The notes beneath the pieces were generated by a model. The model saw nothing but the letters and a program-made list of their open reading frames with translations. It did not search any database and was not told the DNA's origin. The translations under genes and the position numbers were made by a program. Shown here piece by piece: positions 37,115 to 48,065 of a stretch of DNA of 64,000 nucleotides. Source of the DNA: an uncultured Chloroflexia bacterium (GTDB lineage: Bacteria; Chloroflexota; Limnocylindria; Limnocylindrales; CSP1-4); contig CAWHXD010000005.1 of NCBI GenBank assembly GCA_963833225.1, forward strand, positions 134,173 through 198,172, in the 5' to 3' direction. Each line of letters starts with the position of its first letter. Position 1 is the first letter of the stretch.

Positions 37115-38142
37115 GTGGTGACTCACCCCGTGGGGGGCACGGAGACCCAGGCCTCGGACGGCGCGGCGCGGCGCGGGGTTGTCCGGGCGGGTGTGCTCAT
37201 CTGGTCGCAGTTCACATCCTGGTCCGAGCTGATGCGGGCAGGGAGCCTTGCGGACACCCTCGGCTACGACGACATCTGGTCGTGGGACCACCTTGTCCCG
37301 ATCAGCGCGGACCCGGCCGGCCCGATCTTCGCGGCGATGATGACCCTCGCCGGCTGGGCGGGCGATCACGCGCCGCGCCCGCCTTGGGGCGATGGTCGCG
37401 GCGAACACGTTCCGGTTGCCGGCGGTGATGGTCAAGCAGATCACGGCGCTCGACACATGACCGAAGGGCGTGCGGTCCTCGGGCTGGGCGGTGGCTGGTT
37501 CGAGCCTGAGCACGCGGTCGTTCGGCGTGCCATTCGGGGCGAGCCCCGGCGAGCGCCTGCGCTGGCTCGACGAGGCGGCCGAGCTGATCACATTGATGCT
37601 CAGTGGGCCACGCTGCCACCGGCACGTGGAGACCAGTACGCCGCGCGTGAGGTCCTGAACAATCCACCGCCTGTCCAGCGCCGCCTGCCGCTCCTGATCG
37701 GCGGCGGCGGCGAACAGTAAGACGCTGCGCAATCGGTTGCCAAGTACGCGGATATCTGGAATTTCGGCGGTGACGTCGAGGAGGCGCGTCGCAAGGTCGC
37801 CGTGCTCGAGGAATGGTGCGACTCGGTCGGGCGTGATCCTCGCGAGATCGAGCGGACCCTTGGAGTCGGTCCGCATGGTGATCCGCGATTCGAAGCACGT
37901 GATGCGCGGCTGCGCGATCAACGCCCTTCGCGTGTCCAATCCGGGGGTGGGATGAGCCACTGTTCGCTGGCGAGCCCGGCGGTCGTAGCGGATCGCCTGG
38001 CGCCGTACCTCGAGCCCTGGGGTTCAGCGCCTTCCATCATCGACCTGCCCGCGCCGTTCGATGTCGAAACCCTCGAGCGCTTTGTGGGTGAGGTGAAGCC
38101 CGCCCTCCAGGCGAAGCGGTGGGGCAAGGCACGGGCGCGTGA
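37115..38142 (+). CDS. LLM-class (probably F420-dependent) oxidoreductase, several frameshifts
   Basis: GYDDIWSWDHL, GRAVLGLGGGWFE.EH, P.PVQ..LPLLIGGGGE, VAKYADIWN spread across frames; ends approximate. Confidence 0.8.
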
Positions 38143-40649
38143 CCGCGTCGTCCGACCGTCCACATGGTGGGCAACGCCCACCTTGATGCCGTGTGGCTGT
38201 GGCCGATGGCAGGAGGGCTACGCGGAGGTCCGGGCCACATTCCGGTCCGCGCATCGATCGCCTGGATGAGGACTCCGACTTCCGGTTCGCCTGTGACTCC
38301 ATGGCCTACTACGCGTGGGTCGAGGAGCACGACGCCACGCTGTTTGCGCGGATCAGGCAGCGGGTGGAGGAGGGCCGCTGGGAGCTGGCCGGCGGCTGGT
38401 GGGTGGAGCCCGACTGCAACCTGCCGGGAGGGCGAGGCGCTCGTTCGGCAGGGACTCTACGGGCAGCTCTACCTGCAGTCGCGGTTCGGACGACATGGCC
38501 AGCGTTGGGCATGAACGTGGACCCATTCGGCCACCCAGGAACCCTGCCCCAGATCCTCGCCAAGCAGGGCCTGGAGTCCTACGTCTTCTTCCGGCCGCTG
38601 GTCCAGGAGATGGCGCTGCCGGCGTCCCTCTTCCGGTGGCGGTCACCCGACGGCAAGTGAGGTGCTGGCCTACCGCATCCCCCACGAGTACTCGAGCGGG
38701 ATGGGTGTCGAGGACCTCGGCGTCCCACATGGGCGCGACGGTCGGGGCGATCGTCGGGCCGTGGTCCGACGCGATGTGCTTCTACGGCGTTGGCAATCAC
38801 GGCGGCGGGCCGACGAGGGTCAATATCGCGAGCATCCATGAGCTCGCCCGGGCGGACGAGGGCGCCGCGGGTCGATGTTCAGCTCGCCTGGGGCGGTTCT
38901 TCGAGCGCGCGGCCGCGGACCTGACGCGGTCGGAGCTGCCGCTCGTGGAGGGAGAGCTGCCAGCACCACGCCGTCGGCTGCTACTCGGCGATGAGCGAGG
39001 TCAAGGCGCTCAACCGGCGGGCTGAACGCACCCTACGTCACGGCGGAGTCATGGAGCGCCGTGGCTGATCAACCGTGGCCGGCGTGCCGTACCCGCTTGA
39101 AGCCCTTGGGGATGCGTGGCGCCAGGTCTGCTTCAACGAGTTCCACGACATCCTTGCCGGCACCGCGCTCGAGTCTGCCTACGTGGCTGTCCGCGACCAG
39201 GTGGGCGAGGGCCTGGCGATCGCGGATCGGGCCCTCAACCGGGCCATCCAGTCGATCGCGAGCCGCGTCGGCATCGGCCACGTGGACGGGACACACCCCA
39301 CTCATCGTCTTCAATCCGATGGCATGGCCCGTCCGGACGCCCGTCGAGGCGGAGTTCGGTGCGTTCGACGCCGATGCCGACCTCGGTGGATGCGACCGGC
39401 CGACGGGTTGCCGTGCAGGCTTCACAGTCCGAGGCTGTCGCGCCCCGTCGGCGGCTCGTTGGCGTTCGTGGCGGAGCTGCCGGCGCTCGGGTACCAGCTC
39501 TTCCGGGTGGAGCCGGCCAAGGCGGGCACGGAGGGGAACCAGGACGACTTCCCACAGGTCGCCGTCCATGCCGACGCCCGGTACGTGCGCATCGAGACCG
39601 ATCAGTTGCGGGTCACGATCGACACATTGTCCGGCTGGGTGTCGGAGATCGAGGATCGGAGCCCCGGGCGTGTCATGCCGGACGCCGTCGGGTCGGACCC
39701 ACGCCGAGGTCCTCGAGGACGGCAGCGATACGTGGGCCCACGGTGTCCAGCAGTTCGACAGGCCGTGCGGCAGCTTTGGGCGTGGTGTCGGTTCGCGTCC
39801 TCCAGGTGCGGCCCGGTCCGGGCCATCGTCCGCGTCGAGTCGGTGTTCGGGTACGTCCACGCTGAGGGAAGACATCGTGATCGTGGCCGGCCTCCCGTAC
39901 GTCGAGGTCCGCGCTCGAGCTGGACTGGCACGAGCGCCTGCGCGTCCTCAAGCTGCGCATCCCGACCGCAGCTTCGGGATGTCGCCGCCACCCACGAGAT
40001 CCCGTACGGGACCACGCAGCGATCAGCCGACCGGTCACGAGGAGCCGGGTCAGACGTGGGTGGATATCAGCGGCGAGCTCGCCTCGGGATTGCGGGCCGG
40101 GATCTCCGTGATCACGGACGCCAAGTCCGGCTATGACGTCAACCGGGACGACCATTGGGATCACGGCGGCGCGCAGCCCGGTCTTCGCCTGGCACGACCC
40201 CGTCCAACTCGACCCGGCCGCAGACTACTCGTACCAGGACCAGGGTTTGCAGCGGTTCCGGTACGCCTTGCTGCCACACGCCTGGAGCTGGCAGGAAGCC
40301 AGCACGGCCCTACTACTCGATGGCGTTCACTCGGCCCCCGATCGCACTTCTGGAGTCCGCCCACCCTGGCACCCTTCCGGTGGCCAACTCCTACGCCAGC
40401 GCGGGTTCCCGGTCCGTTGCCCTGACGACCATCAAGCGTGCAGAGGACGGCTCGGGCGACCTGATCGTGCGGGCCGTCGAGGTCCTGGGAGAGGACGCAA
40501 CGACGACGATCGACCTCCCTATGGCCGGCCGCTCCATCCCGGCCAGCCTCGGCCCCCACGAGATTGCGTCGTATCGCGTTCCGATAGACCGGGGGCTGCC
40601 GATCGTGGAGGTCGACCTGCTGGAGAGACCGACCGCCGCGCCCGCCTGA
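38139..40649 (+). CDS. Alpha-mannosidase GH38, many frameshifts
   Basis: HMVGNAHLDAVWLW, GGWWVEPDCNLP, DPFGH, YGVGNHGGGPT, FNEFHDILAGT, HEIPYG, DQG.Q.F.Y across frames. Confidence 0.85.
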
Positions 40650-40716
40650 CGGTCTGCCATGGGAGCCCCCGCAAATCGCAGGTCGCAGGTCAGAGGGCCC
40701 GCTCGTGCGGCTCGGC

Positions 40717-42238
40717 TCAGCCCACGGACACCCGGATCACGTTCCATGAGTGCGGCGGCAGCTGGACTCCCAGGCGCCGACCCGTCACCACCGCGTGGGG
40801 GCCGTCAGACGGCACGACCGAGGCCGGTGCCACCGCGGTGTTCGAGGCCCGCAGGCTGCTGCCGCCGAGCACCCGGTGCTCCTCGACGACGAGGTTGTCG
40901 AACCCGAGCACGTCGGTCTCGAGGACCAGCGACCGCGCCACGCGATTCACCGCGAACACCGTGAGCGAGCCGGCAGTGTGCGTCGTGCACGGCGATCGCC
41001 TCGATCGCCGTGGCGTCGTCGCCGCCGTCGATCGCGTACTCGGGGCCGTCGAGCGCCACCTCCAGCACCGTCCCGCTCCCGAAGCGCGTCACGTCCGCGA
41101 ATGGGTAGGCGGTCGTCTGGAGCCAGGCGGGGCCACCATCGATGGTCCGAATCGGGGCGATCACGTTCACGAGCTGGGCGAGGCACGCGATCCGAACGCG
41201 TGCCGCATGGCGCAGGAGCGTCACCAGGAGACAGCCGACGACGAGCGCGTCGGCGAGATCCTGCTCGTCCTCGGCCAGCGCTGGGGCGGCGCGGAAGCTG
41301 CCGGCCGGATCCTCGCGGGCCTCTCGCGCCAGGTGATCCGCGACACGCCACACGTTCCACTCGTCGACGCTCAGGCCGATCCGCTTCGTGCTGCCCTTGT
41401 CCTCGGCGACCGCGTCGGCGATCCCGGCGACGGTGACGAGCGTCCGGTCGAGCTCGCGTGAGCAGGCGAGGAAGGCGCCGACCGAGTCGTAGGCCGCGGG
41501 ATCGAAGTACCCGTGGACCGACACGTGGTCGGTGACGTCCCAGGCCAGATCGAGGACGGTTCGCTCCCACGCGCCGAAGGTCGGCATCCCCGACCCGGAG
41601 CTGCCACAGGTCACGAGCTCGATCGACGGGTCAACCAGCCGCATGGCGGTGCCCGCCTCGGCGGCCAGCCGGCCATACTCGAGCGCGGTCTTGTGGCCGA
41701 TCTGCCACGGGCCGTCCATCTCGTTGCCCAGGCCCCAGGTCCGGACGCCGTACGGATCCGGGTGTCCGTTGGCCGCACGCTGGTTCGAGCGCGATGTTCC
41801 CGTTGGCGCGTTGACGTACTCGACGAGGTCCCTGGCGGCCTCGGCGCCCCGCGTGCCGAGGTTCACGACCAGCATCGGCTCGGCACCTGCCCGCCTTGCC
41901 CAGGCGATGAAGTCGTCGGTGCCGACCAGGTTCGGCTCGATCGAGCGCCAGGCGAGGTCCTGCCTGACCGGCCGCTGCGAGCGCGGCCCAACCCCGTCCT
42001 CCCAGTGGTAGCCCGAGACGAAGTTGCCCCCCGGGTACCGGATCAGCGAGACGCCCAGCCACCGGACGAGGTCAAGCACGTCGCCCCGCCAGCCGTCCGC
42101 GTCGGCAGTCGGATGTCCGGGCTCGTAGATCCCGCCGTAGATCGCCCTGCCCATGTGCTCGACAAACGACCCAAACAGTCGCCTGTCGACGACACCGACG
42201 GGCGAGGCCGAGTCGATGACCCCCCGCGCGTCAGTCAA
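40717..42238 (-). CDS. Alpha-L-arabinofuranosidase GH51, frameshift near 40965
   Basis: FGSFVEHMGRAIYGG, RYPGGNFVS, LGNEMDGPWQ, DEWNVW, AQLVNVI; C-terminal LPPHSWNVIR in a second frame. Confidence 0.92.
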
Positions 42239-44594
42239 GCGTGGTCCCGGTCACGTAGCGCGTGCGATCCACGAGGTTGACGGTGGGTCCGACCAGGGTC
42301 AGGGTGGCCGCCAGCCGCCGGTCCGCCGACGAGGTTCCCACGAACACTTCCACGACGCCCGCCTCGATGACCCGCCGGTAGTCGGCCCCGGTGAACGAGA
42401 GCTGCTCGACCGACAGGTGGAAGGACACGCTCCGCACCTCCCCGGGTTCGAGGCTGATGCGACGGAACCCGAGCAGCTCGAGGACCGGCCGCGCCACGCT
42501 CGCCTCGACATCGCGGACGTAGAGCTGCACGACCTCGTCACCCCGGCGATCGCCGGTGTTGGCGATGTCGACAGTCGCGACCAGCTCACCGTCCTGGGTG
42601 GGGACCTCGATGCGGTCAAGCCGCAGGTTCGACAGCTCGAACCTGGTGTACGAGAGCCCGAAGCCAAACGGCCACAGAGGCGTTGTCGGGCCGTCCACGT
42701 AGGGCCCCTTCGGGTTGGATCGACCGCCGGTGGGATGGTGACGGTACGACACTGGGACCTGGCCCACGTGTCGCGGGATCGAGATCGGCAGCTTGCCGCC
42801 CGGGGTCTCCGCTCCCACGAGGAGATCGGCGATCGCCTCCGGCCCGGCCTCTCCCGGTACCCACGCCAGGAGGATGGCCGCACAGTGCTCCGCGGCCCAC
42901 TGGATGGCCAGCGGACGGCCGCTCACGACGACCAGGACGACCGGCGTGCCAGTCGCGGTCACCCGTTCGAGCAGCTCCTGCTGGCGTCCGATGAAGCCCA
43001 GGCTGAGCCGGTCTCGGAACTCCCCGGTCGTCGCATCATCGGTCAGGCCGGAGCGCTCTCCGAGGACGACGATCGCGACGTCTGCGGCCCGCGCGACGCG
43101 CACCGCCTCCTCGATCCCGGCGTCAGTGCCGTCCTCGATCCCGGTGCCTTGTGCGTACGCGACATCGCAGCCGGCGAAGCGCGCCCGGAGGGCGTCGAGG
43201 ATCGTCTGTCGGCCGGTGAGCTCGTCGACCGCGAGGACCTCGTCGTCGAGGGGGAAGCCAAAGACGTTGTCCTTCTGCCTCCGCATCTCCGCCAGCGTCT
43301 CGATGTGGAGCAGGTGGCTGTAGTCGCCGAGCAGGTCGCGAGCGCTCGCGGCAATCGGCCCGACGACGGCGATCTTCCGGGCGGCCATCCCGAGCGGGAG
43401 GATCCCGTCGTTCTCGACCAGCACCATCGATCGTCGGGCCAGCCGCATCCCGATCCGGGCCTCCTCGACCGCCAGGGCTGCCATCTCGGACGGATCGGGT
43501 ATCGCGGTGTACGGGCGCTCGAACAGGCCTAGCCGGAACTTCATCCGCAGCGTCCGTCGGACCGCGGCGTCCAGGAGCGCCATGTCGATCCGCCCGGCGT
43601 TCACGGCCTCGATCAGCGGCGTGCCATAGGCGGCGGTCTTCGGCAGCTCGGTGTCGACACCGGCCCGGAGGCTGAGCCCGGCGGCGACGCCGAGGTCGGC
43701 GGTCAGCCGGTGCTGGGTCGAGAGCATCTGGATCGCGGTGTAGTCGGAGACGATGAGCCCGTCGAACCCCCAACGGTCGCGAAGGGTCGTGGTCAGCAGC
43801 TCGCGCGAAGCGTGGCAGGGCACGCCGTCCACGTCGCAGTAGGCGGGCATCATGCTCGCGAGCCCGGCGCTCCGGACCGCGGCCTCAAACGGCAGCAGCT
43901 GCTCGTCGTGCATCTCCCGCGGCCCGACATGGACAGGCGCCTGGTTGAGTCCGCCCTCCGCCAGCCCGTGCCCCACCATGTGCTTTCCGGTGGCGAGGAC
44001 GTTGGCGGCGATGTCGGATCCCTGGATGCCCCGGACGTAGGCGCAGCCGAGCTCGGCCGCCAGGTACGGGTCCTCGCCGTATGTCTCCTCGATCCGGCCC
44101 CATCGGGGATCGCGGGTGATATCCAGGACTGGTCCCAGGGCCTGCCTCGCGCCAGTGGCCAGCATCCTCCGCCGGATCGTGTCGGCCATCTGCTCGACAA
44201 GCCCGGCGTCCCAGGCGGCAGCAGCGCCGATCGACTGCTGGAACGATGGAGCGTCGCGGGCGAGGAGGCCGTGGAGCGTCTCCTCGTGCACGATGGCCGG
44301 AATGCCCAGCCTCGTCTCCTCGGCCAGGAAGCGCTGGACATCGTTGCCCGCAGCCGCGACCGCCGCCGCGTCCAGGTTGGTGCCGCCCGCGATCCGGGTG
44401 ACCTGGCCGATGCCGGCACCGAGCAGCGTCCGCGATCGCTCGAGATCGAGCTCCCCGTCCCTGACGACCTCAAACGACCAGATCGAGCCCAGCTGCGCGG
44501 CCTTCTCCTCGATCGTCATCCGTGCGAGCAGATCCTCCACGCGAACGTCGATGGGCAACCCGGTGTCCAGGTATGGAGCCTGTGTCGTCGTCAT
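42231..44594 (-). CDS. GH3 beta-xylosidase/beta-glucosidase
   Basis: RDPRWGRIEETYGEDP, KHMVG, IVSDY, PGGKLP, FGFGLSYT, EVVQLY. Confidence 0.93.
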   Translation of the reverse strand: MTTTQAPYLDTGLPIDVRVEDLLARMTIEEKAAQLGSIWSFEVVRDGELDLERSRTLLGAGIGQVTRIAGGTNLDAAAVAAAGNDVQRFLAEETRLGIPAIVHEETLHGLLARDAPSFQQSIGAAAAWDAGLVEQMADTIRRRMLATGARQALGPVLDITRDPRWGRIEETYGEDPYLAAELGCAYVRGIQGSDIAANVLATGKHMVGHGLAEGGLNQAPVHVGPREMHDEQLLPFEAAVRSAGLASMMPAYCDVDGVPCHASRELLTTTLRDRWGFDGLIVSDYTAIQMLSTQHRLTADLGVAAGLSLRAGVDTELPKTAAYGTPLIEAVNAGRIDMALLDAAVRRTLRMKFRLGLFERPYTAIPDPSEMAALAVEEARIGMRLARRSMVLVENDGILPLGMAARKIAVVGPIAASARDLLGDYSHLLHIETLAEMRRQKDNVFGFPLDDEVLAVDELTGRQTILDALRARFAGCDVAYAQGTGIEDGTDAGIEEAVRVARAADVAIVVLGERSGLTDDATTGEFRDRLSLGFIGRQQELLERVTATGTPVVLVVVSGRPLAIQWAAEHCAAILLAWVPGEAGPEAIADLLVGAETPGGKLPISIPRHVGQVPVSYRHHPTGGRSNPKGPYVDGPTTPLWPFGFGLSYTRFELSNLRLDRIEVPTQDGELVATVDIANTGDRRGDEVVQLYVRDVEASVARPVLELLGFRRISLEPGEVRSVSFHLSVEQLSFTGADYRRVIEAGVVEVFVGTSSADRRLAATLTLVGPTVNLVDRTRYVTGTTLD

Positions 44595-45502
44595 CAGCCC
44601 TTCACCGCCCCAGTTGTCAGGCCGCCGACGAGCTGCCGCTCGGCGAAGGCGTAGAACACCACTGCAGGAATGAGTGCCACCACCGTGAACGCCAGGACGC
44701 GAGCCTGGTCGGAGCTGTACTCGGTCGAGAAGTTCATGACGCCGAGCGGGAGCGTCCACTGGTCGGCGCCGTTGAGCAGGATCAGCGGCAACATGAACGC
44801 GTTCCAGGTGGTGACGATCGCGAGGACGCTCACGGTCGCGAGCGCGGGCCGTGCGAGCGGCAGAAGCACCCGCCAGAAGAACCCGAAGGAGCTGCAGCCG
44901 TCGATCCGTGCGGCGTCCTCGAGCTCGGTCGGGATGCTCCGGAAGAACGGTCTGAGGATGACGATCGTCAGCGGCAGCGCGAAGGCGGCCTGCGGCAGTG
45001 CGACACCCAGCAGGTTGCCGGACAGGCCGAGGTCTCGGACGAGGATGTACAGGGGAAGGATGGCCACGGCCGATGGGAACAGCAGCCCGAACACGAACAT
45101 CAGGTACATGGCCTCCCGGCCGGGGAACACCATGCGGGCGAACGTGAAGGCTGCCAGCGATGCGAGCCCCACCGTCAGGCCGACCGAGACGACGGCGATG
45201 ATCAGGCTGTTGGCGGTCTCCCCCCAGAACGCCCCGGCGTTCTCGCCGAAGATGACGTCCGCGTAGTTGTCGAACACCCACGGGTCGGGAACGACCGTGC
45301 CGGGGTTGGCGACGAGCTGGCCGTTGGTCTTGAACCCGCCAAGGACGGCGTAGGCGACCGGGACCAGGATCATGAACGCGACTGTCACCAGGACGGCATA
45401 CCTGGCGAGCCCGCCCAGGCCCATCCTGATGGCCCTGGAGCGTCGTCGCCCCCGCTTCCTGCTCAATGCGGGGGTGCCTTGCGTGGCGGATGCGGAAGTC
45501 AT
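44594..45502 (-). CDS. Sugar ABC transporter permease
   Basis: ELEDAARIDGCS, WNAFMLP, GLTTGAVKG. Confidence 0.92.
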   Translation of the reverse strand: MTSASATQGTPALSRKRGRRRSRAIRMGLGGLARYAVLVTVAFMILVPVAYAVLGGFKTNGQLVANPGTVVPDPWVFDNYADVIFGENAGAFWGETANSLIIAVVSVGLTVGLASLAAFTFARMVFPGREAMYLMFVFGLLFPSAVAILPLYILVRDLGLSGNLLGVALPQAAFALPLTIVILRPFFRSIPTELEDAARIDGCSSFGFFWRVLLPLARPALATVSVLAIVTTWNAFMLPLILLNGADQWTLPLGVMNFSTEYSSDQARVLAFTVVALIPAVVFYAFAERQLVGGLTTGAVKG

Positions 45503-45506
45503 GGTG

Positions 45507-46451
45507 TCACCCGCTGTACGCCGTGAGGGCGCCATCGACGTCCCGGCGAAGCACGAACCGCTGGTACGCGAGCGCCACCAGGAGACCGAGCAGGAAGAGG
45601 ACCACCGCCAGTGCGCTGCCGTAGCCCATCTGGGACTTGATGAAGCCCGCCTTGAACATGGCGATGGCCATCGTGTTGGTCGCGTTCAGCGGGCCCCCGG
45701 CGGTCGTGACCCACACCATGTCAAACAGCTGGAGGGCTCCGATCATCGACAGGAAGATGCTCACCCGCAGCGTCGGGCCGAGGAGCGGCAGCGTCACATG
45801 CCGGAAGACGCGGGCGGAATCGGCTCCGTCGATCCGCGCCGCCTCCTCGATCTCGTGGGGGATCCCCTGGAGCCCGGCAAGCAGCAGGATCATGTGGAAG
45901 CCGAAGTACTTCCACGAGATGATGACGAACAACGTGATCATCACCAGGTTGGTATCGCCCAGCCAGTCCTGGATCAGGCCGCCAAGGCCGATGGCGGTGA
46001 GGCCCGAATCCACCAGGGCATCCGGTCGCAGCATCAGCGAGAACACGATGCCCGCGATGGCTTCCGAGAGGACGTACGGGAGGAAGAAGATCAACCTGAA
46101 GACAGCCCGGCCCGGGAAGCGCCGGTTGAGGAGCACGGCCAGCCCGAGCGAGAACGGGATCTGGATGACCAGCGACAGCACGATGACCAGCAGGTTGTTC
46201 GAGATCGCGGTCGTGAAGGCCTTGTCCTTGAATGCCTTGACGTAGTTGTCGAGGCCGATGAAGTCGGTGAGCGGCTCGAGCCCATTCCAGTCGAACAGGC
46301 TGTAGCGAGCGGCCTGGACGACCGGGAGCATGACGAACAGCGCGTACAGCGCAAGGGCGGGCAGCAGGAACAGGCCGACGGTCAGCAGCCTGTTCGGCAG
46401 CCGCAGCCTCGTCCGGGGCCGGGCGATCGACGAGCTCATCGCCTCCCTCAC
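45507..46451 (-). CDS. Sugar ABC transporter permease
   Basis: FIGLDNY, WKYFGFHM, EIEEAARIDGA. Confidence 0.92.
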   Translation of the reverse strand: MREAMSSSIARPRTRLRLPNRLLTVGLFLLPALALYALFVMLPVVQAARYSLFDWNGLEPLTDFIGLDNYVKAFKDKAFTTAISNNLLVIVLSLVIQIPFSLGLAVLLNRRFPGRAVFRLIFFLPYVLSEAIAGIVFSLMLRPDALVDSGLTAIGLGGLIQDWLGDTNLVMITLFVIISWKYFGFHMILLLAGLQGIPHEIEEAARIDGADSARVFRHVTLPLLGPTLRVSIFLSMIGALQLFDMVWVTTAGGPLNATNTMAIAMFKAGFIKSQMGYGSALAVVLFLLGLLVALAYQRFVLRRDVDGALTAYSG

Positions 46452-46466
46452 TTGGCCCGTGATGAT

Positions 46467-46497
46467 CGAGCGGGCCGGCGGTGGGCCGGCCCGCTCG
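46467..46497 (-). terminator. 13-bp stem-loop after the substrate-binding protein gene
   Basis: CGAGCGGGCCGGC-GGTGG-GCCGGCCCGCTCG. Confidence 0.65.
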
Positions 46498-46532
46498 GGT
46501 GGGGTCTCAATGGTGCCCCGGATCGCGGTTGG

Positions 46533-47876
46533 CTACTCGGCCGCGGCCGCGTCCGTGATCGCCTGGCAGGCCTCCTCGGGAGTCGAACCTCCGAGGAACA
46601 GGGCAACCGTTGCGTCGTTGATGGCGGAGCCCATCGCCGGCGACGTCGCCTGGTCGAGATAGAGCTGCATGAACGTGGCCTGATCGCGGCCCGCCAGGAC
46701 AGCCTGCAGGTTCGGGTCCGTGATCGATCCTCCGGTGCCGACCACGGGCGAGAGCCCCATGCCGGCCTCGTTGATCTTCGTCGCGTTCGCCGCGCTGCTG
46801 AAGAACTTGAGGAAGTCGATTGCCTCCGGCGGGGCGTCCTTGCCGACGGCGATCCCGTTGCCGCCGCCGATGCCGTCGGTGGCCGCGCCGGCGCCGCCGG
46901 TGACGAGCGGGAACGGGAACCAGCCGAGGTCGCTCCCGAGCCCCTGCTTGCTGACGCTCTGGTCGTTCTCGACGGACGGTGCCCACTGGCCCATCACTTC
47001 CATGGCCGCCTTGCCATTGCCGACGGCCGCGGCCTCGGCGTTGTAGTCGGCGGCCTTGTAGCCGGGCTGGTAGGGCTTGAGCGCATTGAGCGCGAGGACG
47101 GCTTCACCGGCCTTCCTGCACGCTCCGGTGTTCCAGTCGCCGCTCTGGATCATGCCGGCCAGGGCCTGACCGCCACCGATGCGGAGGAGGAGGTAGGACC
47201 ACAGGTGCATCGACGGCCACTTGTCCTTGCCCGCGATGGCGAGCGGGACGATGCCGGCATCCTTGAGCTTGGCGACATCGGCCAGGTAGTCGTCCCAGGT
47301 CGCGGGCGGCGCGGTGATGCCGGCCGTGGCGAACAGGGCCTTGTTGTACCAGACGCCGATCATGCCCATGTCCCACGGCACGCCGTACTGCACGCCGTTG
47401 TACGCGTAGATGCTCATGGCACCGGGATTGATCGTGTCCGCCCACGAGGCGACGTCGGAGGTGATGTCCTTGAGCATCCCCGCATCAGCCTGGGCGGCCA
47501 TGATCCCGCCGCCCCATGACTGGAACAGGTCTGGGGCCTGGCCCGACTGCATCGTGGTCGCGAGCTTTGTCTTGAACGCCTCGTTCTCGAGGACCGTGAG
47601 GTTGATCTTCACGTTGGGGTGCGCGGCCATGTACTCGTCCGCGATGCCCTGGAAGATCGTCTTGCCGGGTTCACCCGTCGTGATGTGCCACCACTCGACG
47701 TCCACCATCGCCGGCGCCTCGGACGGTACGGCGGTCGCGGGGGCCTGAGTTGCGGGGGCCTGGGTTGCGGGGGCGTCGGTTGCGGGTGCCTGGGTCGCCG
47801 TCCCGCTGCCCGAGCAGGCGGCGACCAGGATGGCGAGGACCCCGAAGGCCCCGATTGATCGCAAACGCGTGGACAC
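46533..47876 (-). CDS. Sugar ABC substrate-binding lipoprotein (BxlE-like, xylo-oligosaccharides)
   Basis: Lipobox LVAA|C; LENEAFKTKL, PDLFQSWGGG, MEVMGQWAP; AGGAGG RBS. Confidence 0.9.
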   Translation of the reverse strand: MSTRLRSIGAFGVLAILVAACSGSGTATQAPATDAPATQAPATQAPATAVPSEAPAMVDVEWWHITTGEPGKTIFQGIADEYMAAHPNVKINLTVLENEAFKTKLATTMQSGQAPDLFQSWGGGIMAAQADAGMLKDITSDVASWADTINPGAMSIYAYNGVQYGVPWDMGMIGVWYNKALFATAGITAPPATWDDYLADVAKLKDAGIVPLAIAGKDKWPSMHLWSYLLLRIGGGQALAGMIQSGDWNTGACRKAGEAVLALNALKPYQPGYKAADYNAEAAAVGNGKAAMEVMGQWAPSVENDQSVSKQGLGSDLGWFPFPLVTGGAGAATDGIGGGNGIAVGKDAPPEAIDFLKFFSSAANATKINEAGMGLSPVVGTGGSITDPNLQAVLAGRDQATFMQLYLDQATSPAMGSAINDATVALFLGGSTPEEACQAITDAAAAE

Positions 47877-47939
47877 GGTTCGACCTCCTGTCATCCCTGA
47901 TCTCGACCGATCGTTCGGTATCGCCTTGGTCTCGGGGAG

Positions 47940-48053
47940 CGAAACTTTCGTTCCAACAGGCTGCGTATTTCGACACGGACTGTAGGTGTCTGGGCCGCGA
48001 GAGTCAAGACCGGTTCGCAACCTAAGCGCAAAGTTGGCGTTCGAAAGTTGCGA
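47940..48053. promoter_or_regulatory. LacI-type operators
   Basis: CGAAACTTTCG 47940-47950 and TCGAAAGTTGCGA 48041-48053 between the divergent SBP and LacI genes. Confidence 0.6.
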
Positions 48054-48065
48054 TATCATCCGGCG

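Noticed and set aside
38640-38670. TGA at 38658-38660 in GH38 as selenocysteine or readthrough
   Set aside because: Homology (DGS-EVLAYRI) continues in another frame, so this is an indel rather than recoding.
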